Assembly: GCA_963728775.1 (NCBI GenBank)
Contig: CAVSLP010000009.1
Location: forward strand, 1,429 to 65,428
Reading direction: 5' to 3'
Source: an uncultured Actinomycetota bacterium
Lineage (GTDB): Bacteria > Actinomycetota > Actinomycetes > Propionibacteriales > Nocardioidaceae
Length of the DNA stretch: 64,000 nt
Below are positions 19,347 through 27,657 of this stretch, piece by piece (position 1 is the first letter of the stretch; each line of letters opens with the position of its first letter). Both the position numbers and the translations under genes were made by a program. The notes beneath the pieces are model-generated. The model was not told the origin of the DNA. It saw only the letters and a program-made list of their open reading frames with translations, and ran no database searches.

Positions 19347-20115
19347 GTGACGTTCCCACGGTCCAGGAGGGATCCGGTCCCCAGCGTCTGGCGCGGACTC
19401 GCTCTGGTCTGTGGAGCCGGTGTGATCTGGGGGACCATCGGCACTGCGGTCGACCTCGTGTACGGGCGGTCGTCACTGTCGGTGCTGATGATCGGTGCGT
19501 ACCGGGCGATAGCCGCGCTGGTCACCCCGGACACGAACGATCGCTGTCGGACTCCTCACCGCCGCGTTCCAGCTGCTGTTCCTGGTGGCCGTCGTGGCGA
19601 CCGGGGTCAGCATCGCCACCGTCGTGTGCCTCGGCTGCGCTCCGGTGCCCCTCCTCGTCCTGGGCAGCCTTCAACGACGGCGCGCACCGCGCGGGCGGGC
19701 GGCCTACGCAGCCTCTGCGGAGATCGGCGCCCCGATATCGAAGACGCACGACGCCCTTGTCGTCGCGAGCGCGACCATGATGGTCGCCGCCCTCGTGCTC
19801 GTGCCGGGCGGTCTCATCGTGGCCGTCACCAACGGCGAGGCGTTGGTGCCCACGGATGCGGGCGCGTGGCTGCTCCTTGCCTACCTCGGCGCCGTGACGA
19901 TGGCGCTGGCCTACACGCTGCTGTTCGCCGGTCTGCGGACCACCCCGAGCGGGACTGCGGTGATCGCGACCCTGCTCGAACCCGTCACGGCCGTCCTGAT
20001 CGCCGTCCTCTTCCTGGATGAGACCTTGACGCTCGTGGGCGCAGTCGGGGCACTGCTCCTCCTCGCGGCCATCGGCAGCCTCGGTCGGACGATGGAGGCC
20101 CGCGAGCCGCAGTAA
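19347..20115 (+). pseudogene. EamA/DMT family transporter, apparently frameshifted near 19515-19535
   Basis: The N-terminal TM1-2 (WRGLALVCGAGVIWGTIGTAVDLV...LMIGAYRAIAALV) is in frame 0. The rest (IAVGLLTAAFQLLFLVAVVATGVSIATVV...LAYLGAVTMALAYTLLFAGLRTTPSGTAVIATLLEPVTAVLIAVLFLDE) is in the +1 frame, which only opens after the stop at 19510-12. Confidence 0.6.
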
Positions 20116-20510
20116 GGTCCGGGTCGACGGCACACCGGTGAAGACCTGAGAGCGGAACGGGGTATGGCGGAGTCACCTTCGACCACTGATCGGCCCCGCA
20201 TGGCGGGCTGGGGATGCCTGGCGCAGCCAAGCAGGCGTGCTTCGACCGTGCGCCGGTGACCTGGGCTCCGCTGCGGGGCGTGCGGTTCGGCACTCGCGAT
20301 CTGAGCGCAGAGTACGAGCTGGCCGGCGCGGTCATCGCGCTGCTGTTCGCGGCTGCCCTGGTCGTCCTTGCTCGCCGATCCGCGCGTCGCCGCACCAACG
20401 GGTAGCACCACCATGCGCGCCGGGGGATGAACATCCCCCAAGACGTCGGGACCGACGTACTCCGGTGTCGGACCTTCGCCTCTGTCGGCGCATGCCCGTG
20501 GCGCCATGCG

Positions 20511-21443
20511 ATGGAACCGACGGAGGTGATCCTCGTGTTGTTCGACGTCTCGTACCGATGGCGCCCGCTGCTGTGGAGCATCTGGGTGGTCGGCGCGCTG
20601 CTGCTGCTCCCGGTCGGGGTCGGGCCCGTCTACTTTGCCCTGGTCGTCGGCAGCGGCCTGCTGCTCGCGATCCTCCCGGGGGCGTTGCCGCGTCGGCCGC
20701 GGCTGCGTGACTCGCGGGACCTGGTGGCCATCGGCCTGCTCTACCTGTCCGTGGTGGCACTCCTGCGGTTGGCGTTCGTGGTGTTCACCCCGGACCACGT
20801 CGTCGGCCTGTTCCTGTGCTTCGCGGCCGCGCTGCTGCTGGGCGTCGCCGGCCCGGTCTACTACACCGTCTGGATGCGTCGACGCCCGCTCGCCGACCTC
20901 GGCCTGCGCCGGGACAACCTCCGGGCGGCAGCGGGGCTCGCGGTGCTCTTCGGCGGCGTGCAGTTCGCCCTGACCCTGTGGCGTTACGACCTGCCCGCCC
21001 CCGCGGACTGGGTGCCGCTGCTGTGCATGGCCCTGGTCGTCGGCGTCTTCGAGTCGGTCTTCTTCCGGGGCTTCGTCCAGACCAGGCTGGAGTCACAGTT
21101 CGGCCCGGTCACGGGCGTGGCGGGCGCCGCCGCCTTGTACGGCGCCTACCACGTCGGGTACGGCATGGCCGGCGGCGAGCTGCTGTTCCTGACCGGGCTC
21201 GGCGGTGTGTACGCGGTGGCGTTCGCACTCGCGCGCAACCTGCTCGTGCTCTGGCCGCTGCTGACCCCGCTCGGCTCGTTCTACGCCAACGTCAAGGCCG
21301 GCGACATCGACCTGCCCTGGGCCTCCATCGCCGGGTTCGCCGACGTGCTCGGCCTGATGCTGCTGGCGTGGTGGCTCGCCGCCCGCCACCGGCGCCGCCT
21401 GGCGGGTCCGCCCACCCGCCACCGCACGCCGGCGCACACCTGA
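20511..21443 (+). CDS. CPBP family intramembrane glutamic endopeptidase (CAAX protease-like)
   Basis: Multi-TM ORF with VVGVFESVFFRGFVQ (EExxxR-type motif) and the later YGAYHV / LLVLWPLLTP motifs. ATG at 20511 is chosen over 20427. Confidence 0.7.
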   Translation: MEPTEVILVLFDVSYRWRPLLWSIWVVGALLLLPVGVGPVYFALVVGSGLLLAILPGALPRRPRLRDSRDLVAIGLLYLSVVALLRLAFVVFTPDHVVGLFLCFAAALLLGVAGPVYYTVWMRRRPLADLGLRRDNLRAAAGLAVLFGGVQFALTLWRYDLPAPADWVPLLCMALVVGVFESVFFRGFVQTRLESQFGPVTGVAGAAALYGAYHVGYGMAGGELLFLTGLGGVYAVAFALARNLLVLWPLLTPLGSFYANVKAGDIDLPWASIAGFADVLGLMLLAWWLAARHRRRLAGPPTRHRTPAHT

Positions 21444-21546
21444 GTCGGGCCTTTCTGCCCATGCGCGACCGGAGCCGGACCGCCAGCATGGTGACGACAC
21501 GAGGTTCCGACGTGCGGATCACACCAACCGACGCGAGGGGGTTCCC

Positions 21547-22023
21547 ATGCAACCCGTCAAGGACGCTGCCAGCGAGTTCCTGGCTCGCAAGCGCATCGCC
21601 GTCACCGGGGTGTCGCGCACCCCGGGAGGCCACGGCAGCAACGTCGTCTACCAGAGGCTCCGCGACCGCGGGTACGACGTGTTCGCGGTGAACCCCAATG
21701 CCACCGAGGTCGAAGGCGACCGGTGCTACCCGGACCTGGGCTCCATCCCCGGAGGGGTCGAGGCGGTGGTGATCGGCACCCGGCCGGAGCACGCCGAAGA
21801 GACGATCCATGAGTGTGACGACCTCGGGATCGCGCACGTGTGGATGCACCGGTCCTTCGGCGGCGGCAGCGTGTCCAGCGAGGCCGCCGACTACGGCCGC
21901 GCCCACGGGATGACCGTGATCGACGGCGGCTGCCCGCTGATGTTCGAGCCGACCTCCGACGGCGGACACCGCTTCATGCGGTGGGCATTCACCCTCAACG
22001 GTCACGTGCCACGCCGGGTCTGA
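21547..22023 (+). CDS. CoA-binding domain protein
   Basis: 158-aa ORF: KRIAVTGVSRTPGGHGSNVVYQRLRDRGYDVFAVNPNATEVEGDRCYPDLGSIPGGVEAVVI. This is the CoA_binding_2-like pattern. Confidence 0.75.
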   Translation: MQPVKDAASEFLARKRIAVTGVSRTPGGHGSNVVYQRLRDRGYDVFAVNPNATEVEGDRCYPDLGSIPGGVEAVVIGTRPEHAEETIHECDDLGIAHVWMHRSFGGGSVSSEAADYGRAHGMTVIDGGCPLMFEPTSDGGHRFMRWAFTLNGHVPRRV

Positions 22024-22187
22024 CCACGGCGCTCCCCGCACGGACCCTTGCGACGGTCACCCCCGAGCGTGACACTGCGAGACAACGGAGCGAACGGGAG
22101 CGACGTGCTGGCGGCGCCGCCACGCCGCGCCGGGGTCTCCCGATCCCGGGTCGTTCTCCCATAACCTCGCTGTTGGACTGAAAGCAG

Positions 22188-22646
22188 GTGGTCGCCATGC
22201 CGCTCGGGCAAGGCATCGGGGAAACATGGGAGGCGGTCCGGGACCGGATCGAGGTCGCGGGCCACGGCCCGACCTGGCAGATCACGGGAGGCTCGTTCGA
22301 GGGCGCGCTGGGCTACGCGCGCGAGAGGTTCGGCGACCCGTTCGTGCTGCGCCGCAAGGACCGGGACCGGTGGTGGCCGCGGGTCACGCTCACCGTCACG
22401 ACCGACCCGGCCCTGGCGACCGGGGCGCCCCCGCTCGAGGAGCTCGCCCGGCCGCCGGCCCCGGCTGCACCGCCGCCGCGGCCGTTGCCGTCGCCGGCGG
22501 ACCGGTCGGACTTCCGGGTCAGCACCGACCCGCTGCCCGCCTCGCTGGAGGCGATCTTCGCGCACCAGGAGCAGCAGCGGATGGCGCGGCACCGGATTCC
22601 CGAGCAGCGCACCCGGGCCGGCTCCACCGCCGACGCCGGGTCCTGA
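22188..22646 (+). CDS. hypothetical protein with Pro/Ala-rich C-terminal half
   Basis: 152-aa ORF with reasonable codon bias and no recognisable motif. A start at 22197 (MPLGQG) is also possible. Confidence 0.4.
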   Translation: MVAMPLGQGIGETWEAVRDRIEVAGHGPTWQITGGSFEGALGYARERFGDPFVLRRKDRDRWWPRVTLTVTTDPALATGAPPLEELARPPAPAAPPPRPLPSPADRSDFRVSTDPLPASLEAIFAHQEQQRMARHRIPEQRTRAGSTADAGS

Positions 22647-22690
22647 CCTTCCGCGCCGCGCGCCTTGACGGTCCGCGCGATGATGGGCGG

Positions 22691-23017
22691 ATGGACCAGG
22701 TTGCCACCACGCTGCACGCCAAGCGCGCCGAGATCGCCGAGCAGCTCACCCAGCTCACCGCGAAGCCCGACGAGCAGGGGTCGATCTCATTCGGCAAGCG
22801 GGTGGGCGAGGGTACGTCGATGGCGGTGGACCGGCTCTCCCAGGTGGCCGTGCACGACAAGCTCCAGATGACGATGGCCGACGTGGACCGGGCCCTGGCC
22901 AAGCTCGAGGACGGCAGCTACGGGACCTGCGACGCGTGCGGGCGGCCGATCGGCGCGGAGCGGCTCGAGGTGCTCCCGTGGGCAGTGCGGTGCGTGCAGG
23001 ACGCCGGCCGCCGCTGA
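22691..23017 (+). CDS. TraR/DksA family C4-type zinc-finger protein
   Basis: ATG at 22691: MDQVATTLHAKRAEIAEQLTQL...LEDGSYGTCDACGRPIGAERLEVLPWAVRCVQ. This shows the coiled coil plus CxxC-N17-C pattern. Confidence 0.8.
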   Translation: MDQVATTLHAKRAEIAEQLTQLTAKPDEQGSISFGKRVGEGTSMAVDRLSQVAVHDKLQMTMADVDRALAKLEDGSYGTCDACGRPIGAERLEVLPWAVRCVQDAGRR

Positions 23018-23039
23018 GCGCCCACGGTCGGACTTTCCG

Positions 23040-24467
23040 CTACCGGTTGGACAGCATGGTCTCGAACAGGTCGGCGTACTGGATCAGATGCCGGTCGCCG
23101 AGGAACCGGTCCTGGACCCGGGCCCGCGCGGCGGCGCCGAGGCGTTCGGCGGTCTCCGCGTCGTGCAGCAGCCGCGCGACGGCCTGCGCGAACGCGTCGA
23201 GGTCGTGCGGGTCCCGGAGCAGCAGACCACTGACCTCGTCGTCGATCTGGTCCTGGATCCCGCCCACCGCGGAGGCGACCACCGGACGCGCCTTCCACAT
23301 TGGCTCGGTCACGGTCAGCCCGAACCCCTCCACCAGGCTCTTCTGCACCACCACCGCCGCGTAGCGCTGCAGGGCGTTGACCAGGATCGCGTTCTCGTCG
23401 GTGTCGTCCATCGGGAGCGCGGCGAGATGCACCCGGTCCCGGACCCGTTCGGGCAGCCGTCGCCACAGCGACACGCACTCGGTCAGCACGGCGGCTCCCT
23501 CGGGGTCGTCGGTCACCCCCCAGGCGTCCGGGCCCACCAGCAGCAGGTGCGCGTCCTCGGGCATCTCGGTGACGTGCTCGCCGAAGCCGAGCAGCACCCC
23601 GGCCATGTCCTTGAGCCGGTCCCATCGGCTCACCTGCAGCACCACCCGGACGTCCCGAGGCACCGGCCCGCTCTCGATCACCAGGCTGTCCCGCTCCCGG
23701 ACCCGTCCGGGCAGGCCGCTGCGCCGCACGAAGTCCACGCTCCCCCCGTCCGGGGAGATGTCCACCAGTCCGGAGGTGCGCAGGGTCGCGGCGACGTCGG
23801 GCGGGCTCAGCACGGTGTTCTTCGTGCTGAACGGGTCGAGGGACGGCGGGATCACCCACAGCTTGTCCCGCGGCACCCAGGCCGGGGCGTACTGCCGCCG
23901 GGAGAAGATGAACGCGTCCGCACCCTCGACGAAGCCACGCAGGAACTCCCAGCCGACCGCGTCCAGGTCGTTGGGCTCGTCCCGCCCGATGTGACAGCGC
24001 CACACCACCTGGGCGCCCGCCGCCTGCAGCCCCGCGACCATGCCGGCGGTCTGCGGGTCGTGCAGCAGCACGAAGTCCCCGGCGCGCACCCGGCCCACCA
24101 GCGACCCGAGGTTGGCCTCCAGGACTTTGCGGTAGTGGGTCGTCTCGTCCGGCCCGAGCTTGCCGCCGTCACCCTTGTCCCCGTGCAGGAAGTTGTGCAG
24201 CCGCTTGGTGATCGTGAAGAACTCCTGGTCGCCGTCGAGCACCAGCCACCGGGTGTCCACGCCGGCCCCGCGCCCGTAGGCGATGATGGCCTGCAGCATC
24301 TCGGCGACGCCGCCGCCGTGCGCGGTGGCGTTGATGTTCCACACGATGGTGCCGCGCAGCAGCTCGCGCGCCCGCGCCGCGTAGCCGCGCAGACGTGCGG
24401 CACGATCCGGCTCCAGGAACTGCTCCAGCCGCTCGAGCTCCATCGCGTCCACCGCGACATCTCGCAT
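23040..24467 (-). CDS. GT4 glycosyltransferase, TreT-type trehalose synthase-like
   Basis: ATG at 24467: MRDVAVDAMELERL...IVWNINATAHGGGVAEMLQAIIAYGRGAGVDTRWLVLDGDQEFFTITKRLHNFLHG...VVQKSLVEGFGLTVTEPMWK. This pattern matches archaeal and actinobacterial TreT as I recall it. Confidence 0.7.
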   Translation of the reverse strand: MRDVAVDAMELERLEQFLEPDRAARLRGYAARARELLRGTIVWNINATAHGGGVAEMLQAIIAYGRGAGVDTRWLVLDGDQEFFTITKRLHNFLHGDKGDGGKLGPDETTHYRKVLEANLGSLVGRVRAGDFVLLHDPQTAGMVAGLQAAGAQVVWRCHIGRDEPNDLDAVGWEFLRGFVEGADAFIFSRRQYAPAWVPRDKLWVIPPSLDPFSTKNTVLSPPDVAATLRTSGLVDISPDGGSVDFVRRSGLPGRVRERDSLVIESGPVPRDVRVVLQVSRWDRLKDMAGVLLGFGEHVTEMPEDAHLLLVGPDAWGVTDDPEGAAVLTECVSLWRRLPERVRDRVHLAALPMDDTDENAILVNALQRYAAVVVQKSLVEGFGLTVTEPMWKARPVVASAVGGIQDQIDDEVSGLLLRDPHDLDAFAQAVARLLHDAETAERLGAAARARVQDRFLGDRHLIQYADLFETMLSNR

Positions 24468-24727
24468 GCCTCCATGCTGCCATTGCCGGGCAGCGGATCC
24501 GCCCGGAATGCGGACAGTCGTTTCGGAGGCCGCACACTCCCGCGGGAAGTGGGTAATGAGCGGCGGGGGCGCGCCGCGCTCCCGGACCGCACCCGACGAG
24601 GAGGGCGTGTGAGCACCGAGGCTGCCCCGCGCACCATCCGCGAGAACCCGCACCCCGACCACCGGACGGCGGGGCCGGTCGCCGTGCGGGCGGCGGCGCC
24701 GCGGGAGCACGAGCGCGCCGTCCTCCC

Positions 24728-25414
24728 ATGACCGGACGGAGCCCCGACTTCGACGCGATCTACGGGGCCAACCCGGACCCGTGGCAGGTGGGCACGTCCT
24801 GGTACGAGCGACGCAAGCTCGCGGTGCTGCTCGCCTCGCTGCCGCGCGAGCGCTACCCGACCGGCTGGGAGCCGGGCTGCGGGCCCGGGTTCGTGACCGC
24901 GGCGCTCGCCGGGCGCGTGGACGACCTGGTCGCCACCGACGGCTCGCGGGTGGCGGTCCGGCTGGCCCGGCAGCGCTGCCGGAGGGCGGACATCCGGGTG
25001 TCCGAGCTCCCCGAGGTGCCGCTGGGCACCCCCGTCGAGCTCGTCGTCGTGGCCGAGTTCCTCTACTACGTGCCCGACCTGGACGAGGAACGCGAGATGT
25101 CCACCGGGGGCGCACCGGGACCAACGTGGCCCACGAGCTTGACGGCGCCCCGGGTCATCGCGTCGAGCGCCACCAAGCCCGGCGGAGCGGGACGCCCACA
25201 CCCCGTAGGTTCCGGCCCGTGCGCACCCCGGCGATGGACGCGTCGCGCTCGTTCTCGGGCCCGGTGCGCCGCCGCCGACCAGGTGAGCACCAGCGCGCGG
25301 CTGGCACGCACACTGGCCGACCTCACGATCTACGTCCGCCAGCACCACCTCGACGACGAGCTCGAGCGGCTCGGCGGCCACGCCCTGCACAGCCACCGGG
25401 TGGTCGGCGGGTGA
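24728..25414 (+). CDS. SAM-dependent methyltransferase (NodS-like); only the N-terminal ~120 aa look genuine
   Basis: MTGRSPDFDAIYGANPDPWQVGTSWYERRKLAVLLASLPRERY..WEPGCGPGFVTAALAGRVDDLVATDGS..VVVAEFLYYVPD has the class I MT motif I. After about 25085 the translation turns Pro/Gly/Arg/Ser-rich with no MT-fold features. Confidence 0.5.
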   Translation: MTGRSPDFDAIYGANPDPWQVGTSWYERRKLAVLLASLPRERYPTGWEPGCGPGFVTAALAGRVDDLVATDGSRVAVRLARQRCRRADIRVSELPEVPLGTPVELVVVAEFLYYVPDLDEEREMSTGGAPGPTWPTSLTAPRVIASSATKPGGAGRPHPVGSGPCAPRRWTRRARSRARCAAADQVSTSARLARTLADLTIYVRQHHLDDELERLGGHALHSHRVVGG

Positions 25415-25638
25415 CGAGCCGAACGGTGGCCGGCGTCGCCGCCCACCGCCTCGCGGACGCCTGCGCGACAGGGGCCGACAGGCCCGTCGACGTGTGACCG
25501 GTGCGACCTGTGGGGGCCGCACGCCCCGGCGCGCAAGGTTTCTATCTCGAATGCCAAGTCTAGAGGTTTGCTGCCCGGGGCCAGGGGTACGCATCCGCAT
25601 TCGGGGAGACCGTGCACACAGTCTCGGAGGGAAGTGCC

Positions 25639-26469
25639 ATGAGTGCTGCGGGAAAGATTGCCCTAGGAGTCGCCAGCGGCTATCTGCTGGGGCGCACCAA
25701 GAAGCTCAGGCTCGCCATCACGGTAGGGAGCATGCTGGCGGGCAAGCGGATTGCCACGGACCCACGTGGCCTGATGCAACAAGGTTCCAAGCTCATCGAG
25801 AGCAACCCGGAGCTGGCCAAGCTGTCCGACCAGATCCGCAGCCAGCTGTTCGAGTCTGCCCGGGCGGCCGCGATGGCCACCGCGAGCAGCCGGATGAACG
25901 GGCTCAGCGACGCGATCCGGGACCGCTCGGAGCGGCTGGCGCTGCCTCCGGGTGAGGACGAGGACGCCTACGCCGACGTGGATGAGGACGCCGACGAGTA
26001 CGACGAGTACGACGAGGGGGAGCTCGACCAGGAGGAGCCCGACGAGGAGGCGCCGGAGGACGAGGCCCCGGACGAGGAGCCCGAGGAGGAGCCCGAGGAG
26101 GCACCACGCCGGAGACGGCCGGCGGCCAAGCGATCGGGTCGCTCCCGCGGGACCGGGGGCCGGGGGTCCGCGGCGAAGGCCTCGAGCAGCGCGCGCAGAT
26201 CCAGCCCGTCCTCGCGGTCCACCACCAAGAAGTCGAGCGCCGCGAAGCGGTCCAGCACCGCGAAGAAGGCCCCGGCCAAGAAGACCGCGGCAGCCAGGTC
26301 GTCGAGCGGCAGCGCCCGCAAGACGAGCCCGTCCTCGCGGTCCACCACCAAGAAGTCGACCTCCGCGAAGCGGTCGTCGACCGGAGGCGGGTCCTCCTCC
26401 ACGAGGAAGTCCTCGTCCAGCGCCGGGAAGCGCGCCTCGTCGCGCGGCCGGTCGACCAAGAAGGCGTGA
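25639..26469 (+). CDS. gvp-cluster-associated tripartite protein (helical N-domain, acidic linker, basic Ser/Thr/Lys-rich repeat tail)
   Basis: ATG at 25639 with GGAGGG 8 nt upstream and about 97% GC3. Its stop overlaps the next gene's GTG (GTGA). The sequence contains EDEDAYADVDEDADEYDEYDE...PRRRRPAAKR, then two 41-aa repeats (SSPSSRSTTKKS.AAKRSST). Confidence 0.7.
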   Translation: MSAAGKIALGVASGYLLGRTKKLRLAITVGSMLAGKRIATDPRGLMQQGSKLIESNPELAKLSDQIRSQLFESARAAAMATASSRMNGLSDAIRDRSERLALPPGEDEDAYADVDEDADEYDEYDEGELDQEEPDEEAPEDEAPDEEPEEEPEEAPRRRRPAAKRSGRSRGTGGRGSAAKASSSARRSSPSSRSTTKKSSAAKRSSTAKKAPAKKTAAARSSSGSARKTSPSSRSTTKKSTSAKRSSTGGGSSSTRKSSSSAGKRASSRGRSTKKA

Positions 26470-27624
26470 TCGCGATGGCGGACAACACCGACAACAACGG
26501 CAGCAACGGCACCGGTGTGCTGCGGGGGCTGCTCGACGAGCTCCCCGTCGACCGGCTCAAGGACGAGCTCCAGCAGAGCTTCTCGACGCTGAGCGGGAAG
26601 GCGCTCGAGACCGCGGGCGGCAAGATCGGCGACCTGTCCGACCGGCTCACCGACGTCGCCGACGGCGGCGGCTTCATGGGCAAGGCGGCCAAGGAAGGCA
26701 TGGAGGAGGCCGCCGAGGGTGGCTCCCCGGTCAAGGGTGCGCTCAAGGGTGGTCTCGGGGGCGTGAAGGACAAGGTCAAGGAGAAGCTCGGCGGCGGCAA
26801 GAGCGGCGGCGAGCAGGGCACCCGGTCGACGAACATCATCGAGGAGATCGACGTCGGTGTTCCGGTGCGGCTGGCGTACAACCAGTGGACCCAGTTCCAG
26901 GACTACTCGAACTTCATGAAGAAGGTCGACACCGTCGACCAGGAGGACGAGGTCAAGGTCAACTTCAAGGCCCAGGTGTTCTGGTCACACCGCAAGTGGG
27001 AGGCCACCATCCTGGAGCAGGTCCCGGACGAGAAGATCGTCTGGCGCTCCAAGGGAGAGAAGGGCCACGTCGACGGCGCGGTCACCTTCCACGAGCTGGC
27101 GCCGAACCTGACCCGGATCCTGGTCGTCCTCGAGTACTACCCCCAGGGGTTCTTCGAGCGCACCGGCAACCTGTGGCGGGCGCAGGGCCGACGGGCACGG
27201 CTGGAGCTCAAGCACTTCCGTCGGCACGTGATGACCCAGGTGGCCCAGAACCCGGACGAGGTCGAGGGCTGGCGTGGCGAGATCCACGACGGCGAGCTCG
27301 AGCGCGACCACGACGAGGTCGTGGCCGACGAGCAGGAGCGCGAGGAGTCGCCAGGGCTCCGAGGACTCCTACGACGAGCCCGACGACATCGACGAGGACG
27401 CCGGGGACGAGGAGTACGACGACGAGGCCGAGTACGACGAGGCCGAGCCGGAGGACGACTACGAGGAGCCGGACGCCGTCGACGAGGACGGCTACGACGA
27501 GCCCGTCGAAGACGAAGAAGCGGCCGACGAGTACGAGGAGGAGCCCGAGGACGAGTACGACGAGGAACCGGTCGACGAAGAGCCCGCTCCGCGCCGTCGA
27601 CGCCGCGCCGCCGGCAAGCGCTGA
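26466..27624 (+). CDS. SRPBCC (START / cyclase-dehydrase fold) protein with acidic tail; apparent +1 frameshift near 27355
   Basis: N-terminal G/K-rich region, then the SRPBCC core (IEEIDVGVPVRLAYNQWTQFQDYSNFMKKV...WEATILEQVPDEKIVWRS...VTFHELAPNLTRILVVLEY). After ...EQEREESPG the listed frame becomes poly-Arg. The +1 frame gives SEDSYDEPDDIDEDAGDEEYDDE...[13 protein letters not shown] and stops at 27624. Confidence 0.7.
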
Positions 27625-27657
27625 CCACCCCACCCTGACTGGAAGGATCACCGGAAC

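Noticed and set aside
20214-20405. 63-aa ORF with one TM helix (LAGAVIALLFAAALVVLARRSARRR) between the EamA remnant and the CPBP gene
   Set aside because: No SD and weak coding statistics in the first half. It may be real, but the sequence alone does not support it.
19171-22100. tRNA-Arg-linked genomic island
   Set aside because: I saw no integrase, excisionase or direct repeat of the tRNA 3' end in the window. The downstream genes (CPBP, CoA-binding) have host-like composition.
25085-25140. Inversion hypothesis for the methyltransferase: the antisense reads RWSRCAPGGHLAFLV, resembling the expected APGG.L motif
   Set aside because: The resemblance is confined to about 8 residues. It is directly antisense to the genuine LYYVPDLDE region, and the flanking antisense sequence has no MT-like continuation. 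It is most likely coincidence.
25968-26459. 163-aa antisense ORF (FLVVDREDGLVLRAL... repeated) opposite the basic tail of the first gvp-cluster gene
   Set aside because: It also has high GC3 and looks protein-like. However, the forward frame is continuous with a structured N-terminal domain, has an SD-preceded ATG, and is stop/start-coupled to the next gene. The antisense repeat simply mirrors the forward 123-nt duplication.
27360-27638. Arg-rich C-terminus ([24 protein letters not shown]...) of the 390-aa track ORF as a genuine protamine-like tail
   Set aside because: It is what GAC/GAG/GAA acidic-codon repeats give when read one base out of frame. The +1 frame yields a coherent acidic tail homologous in style to the neighbouring protein.
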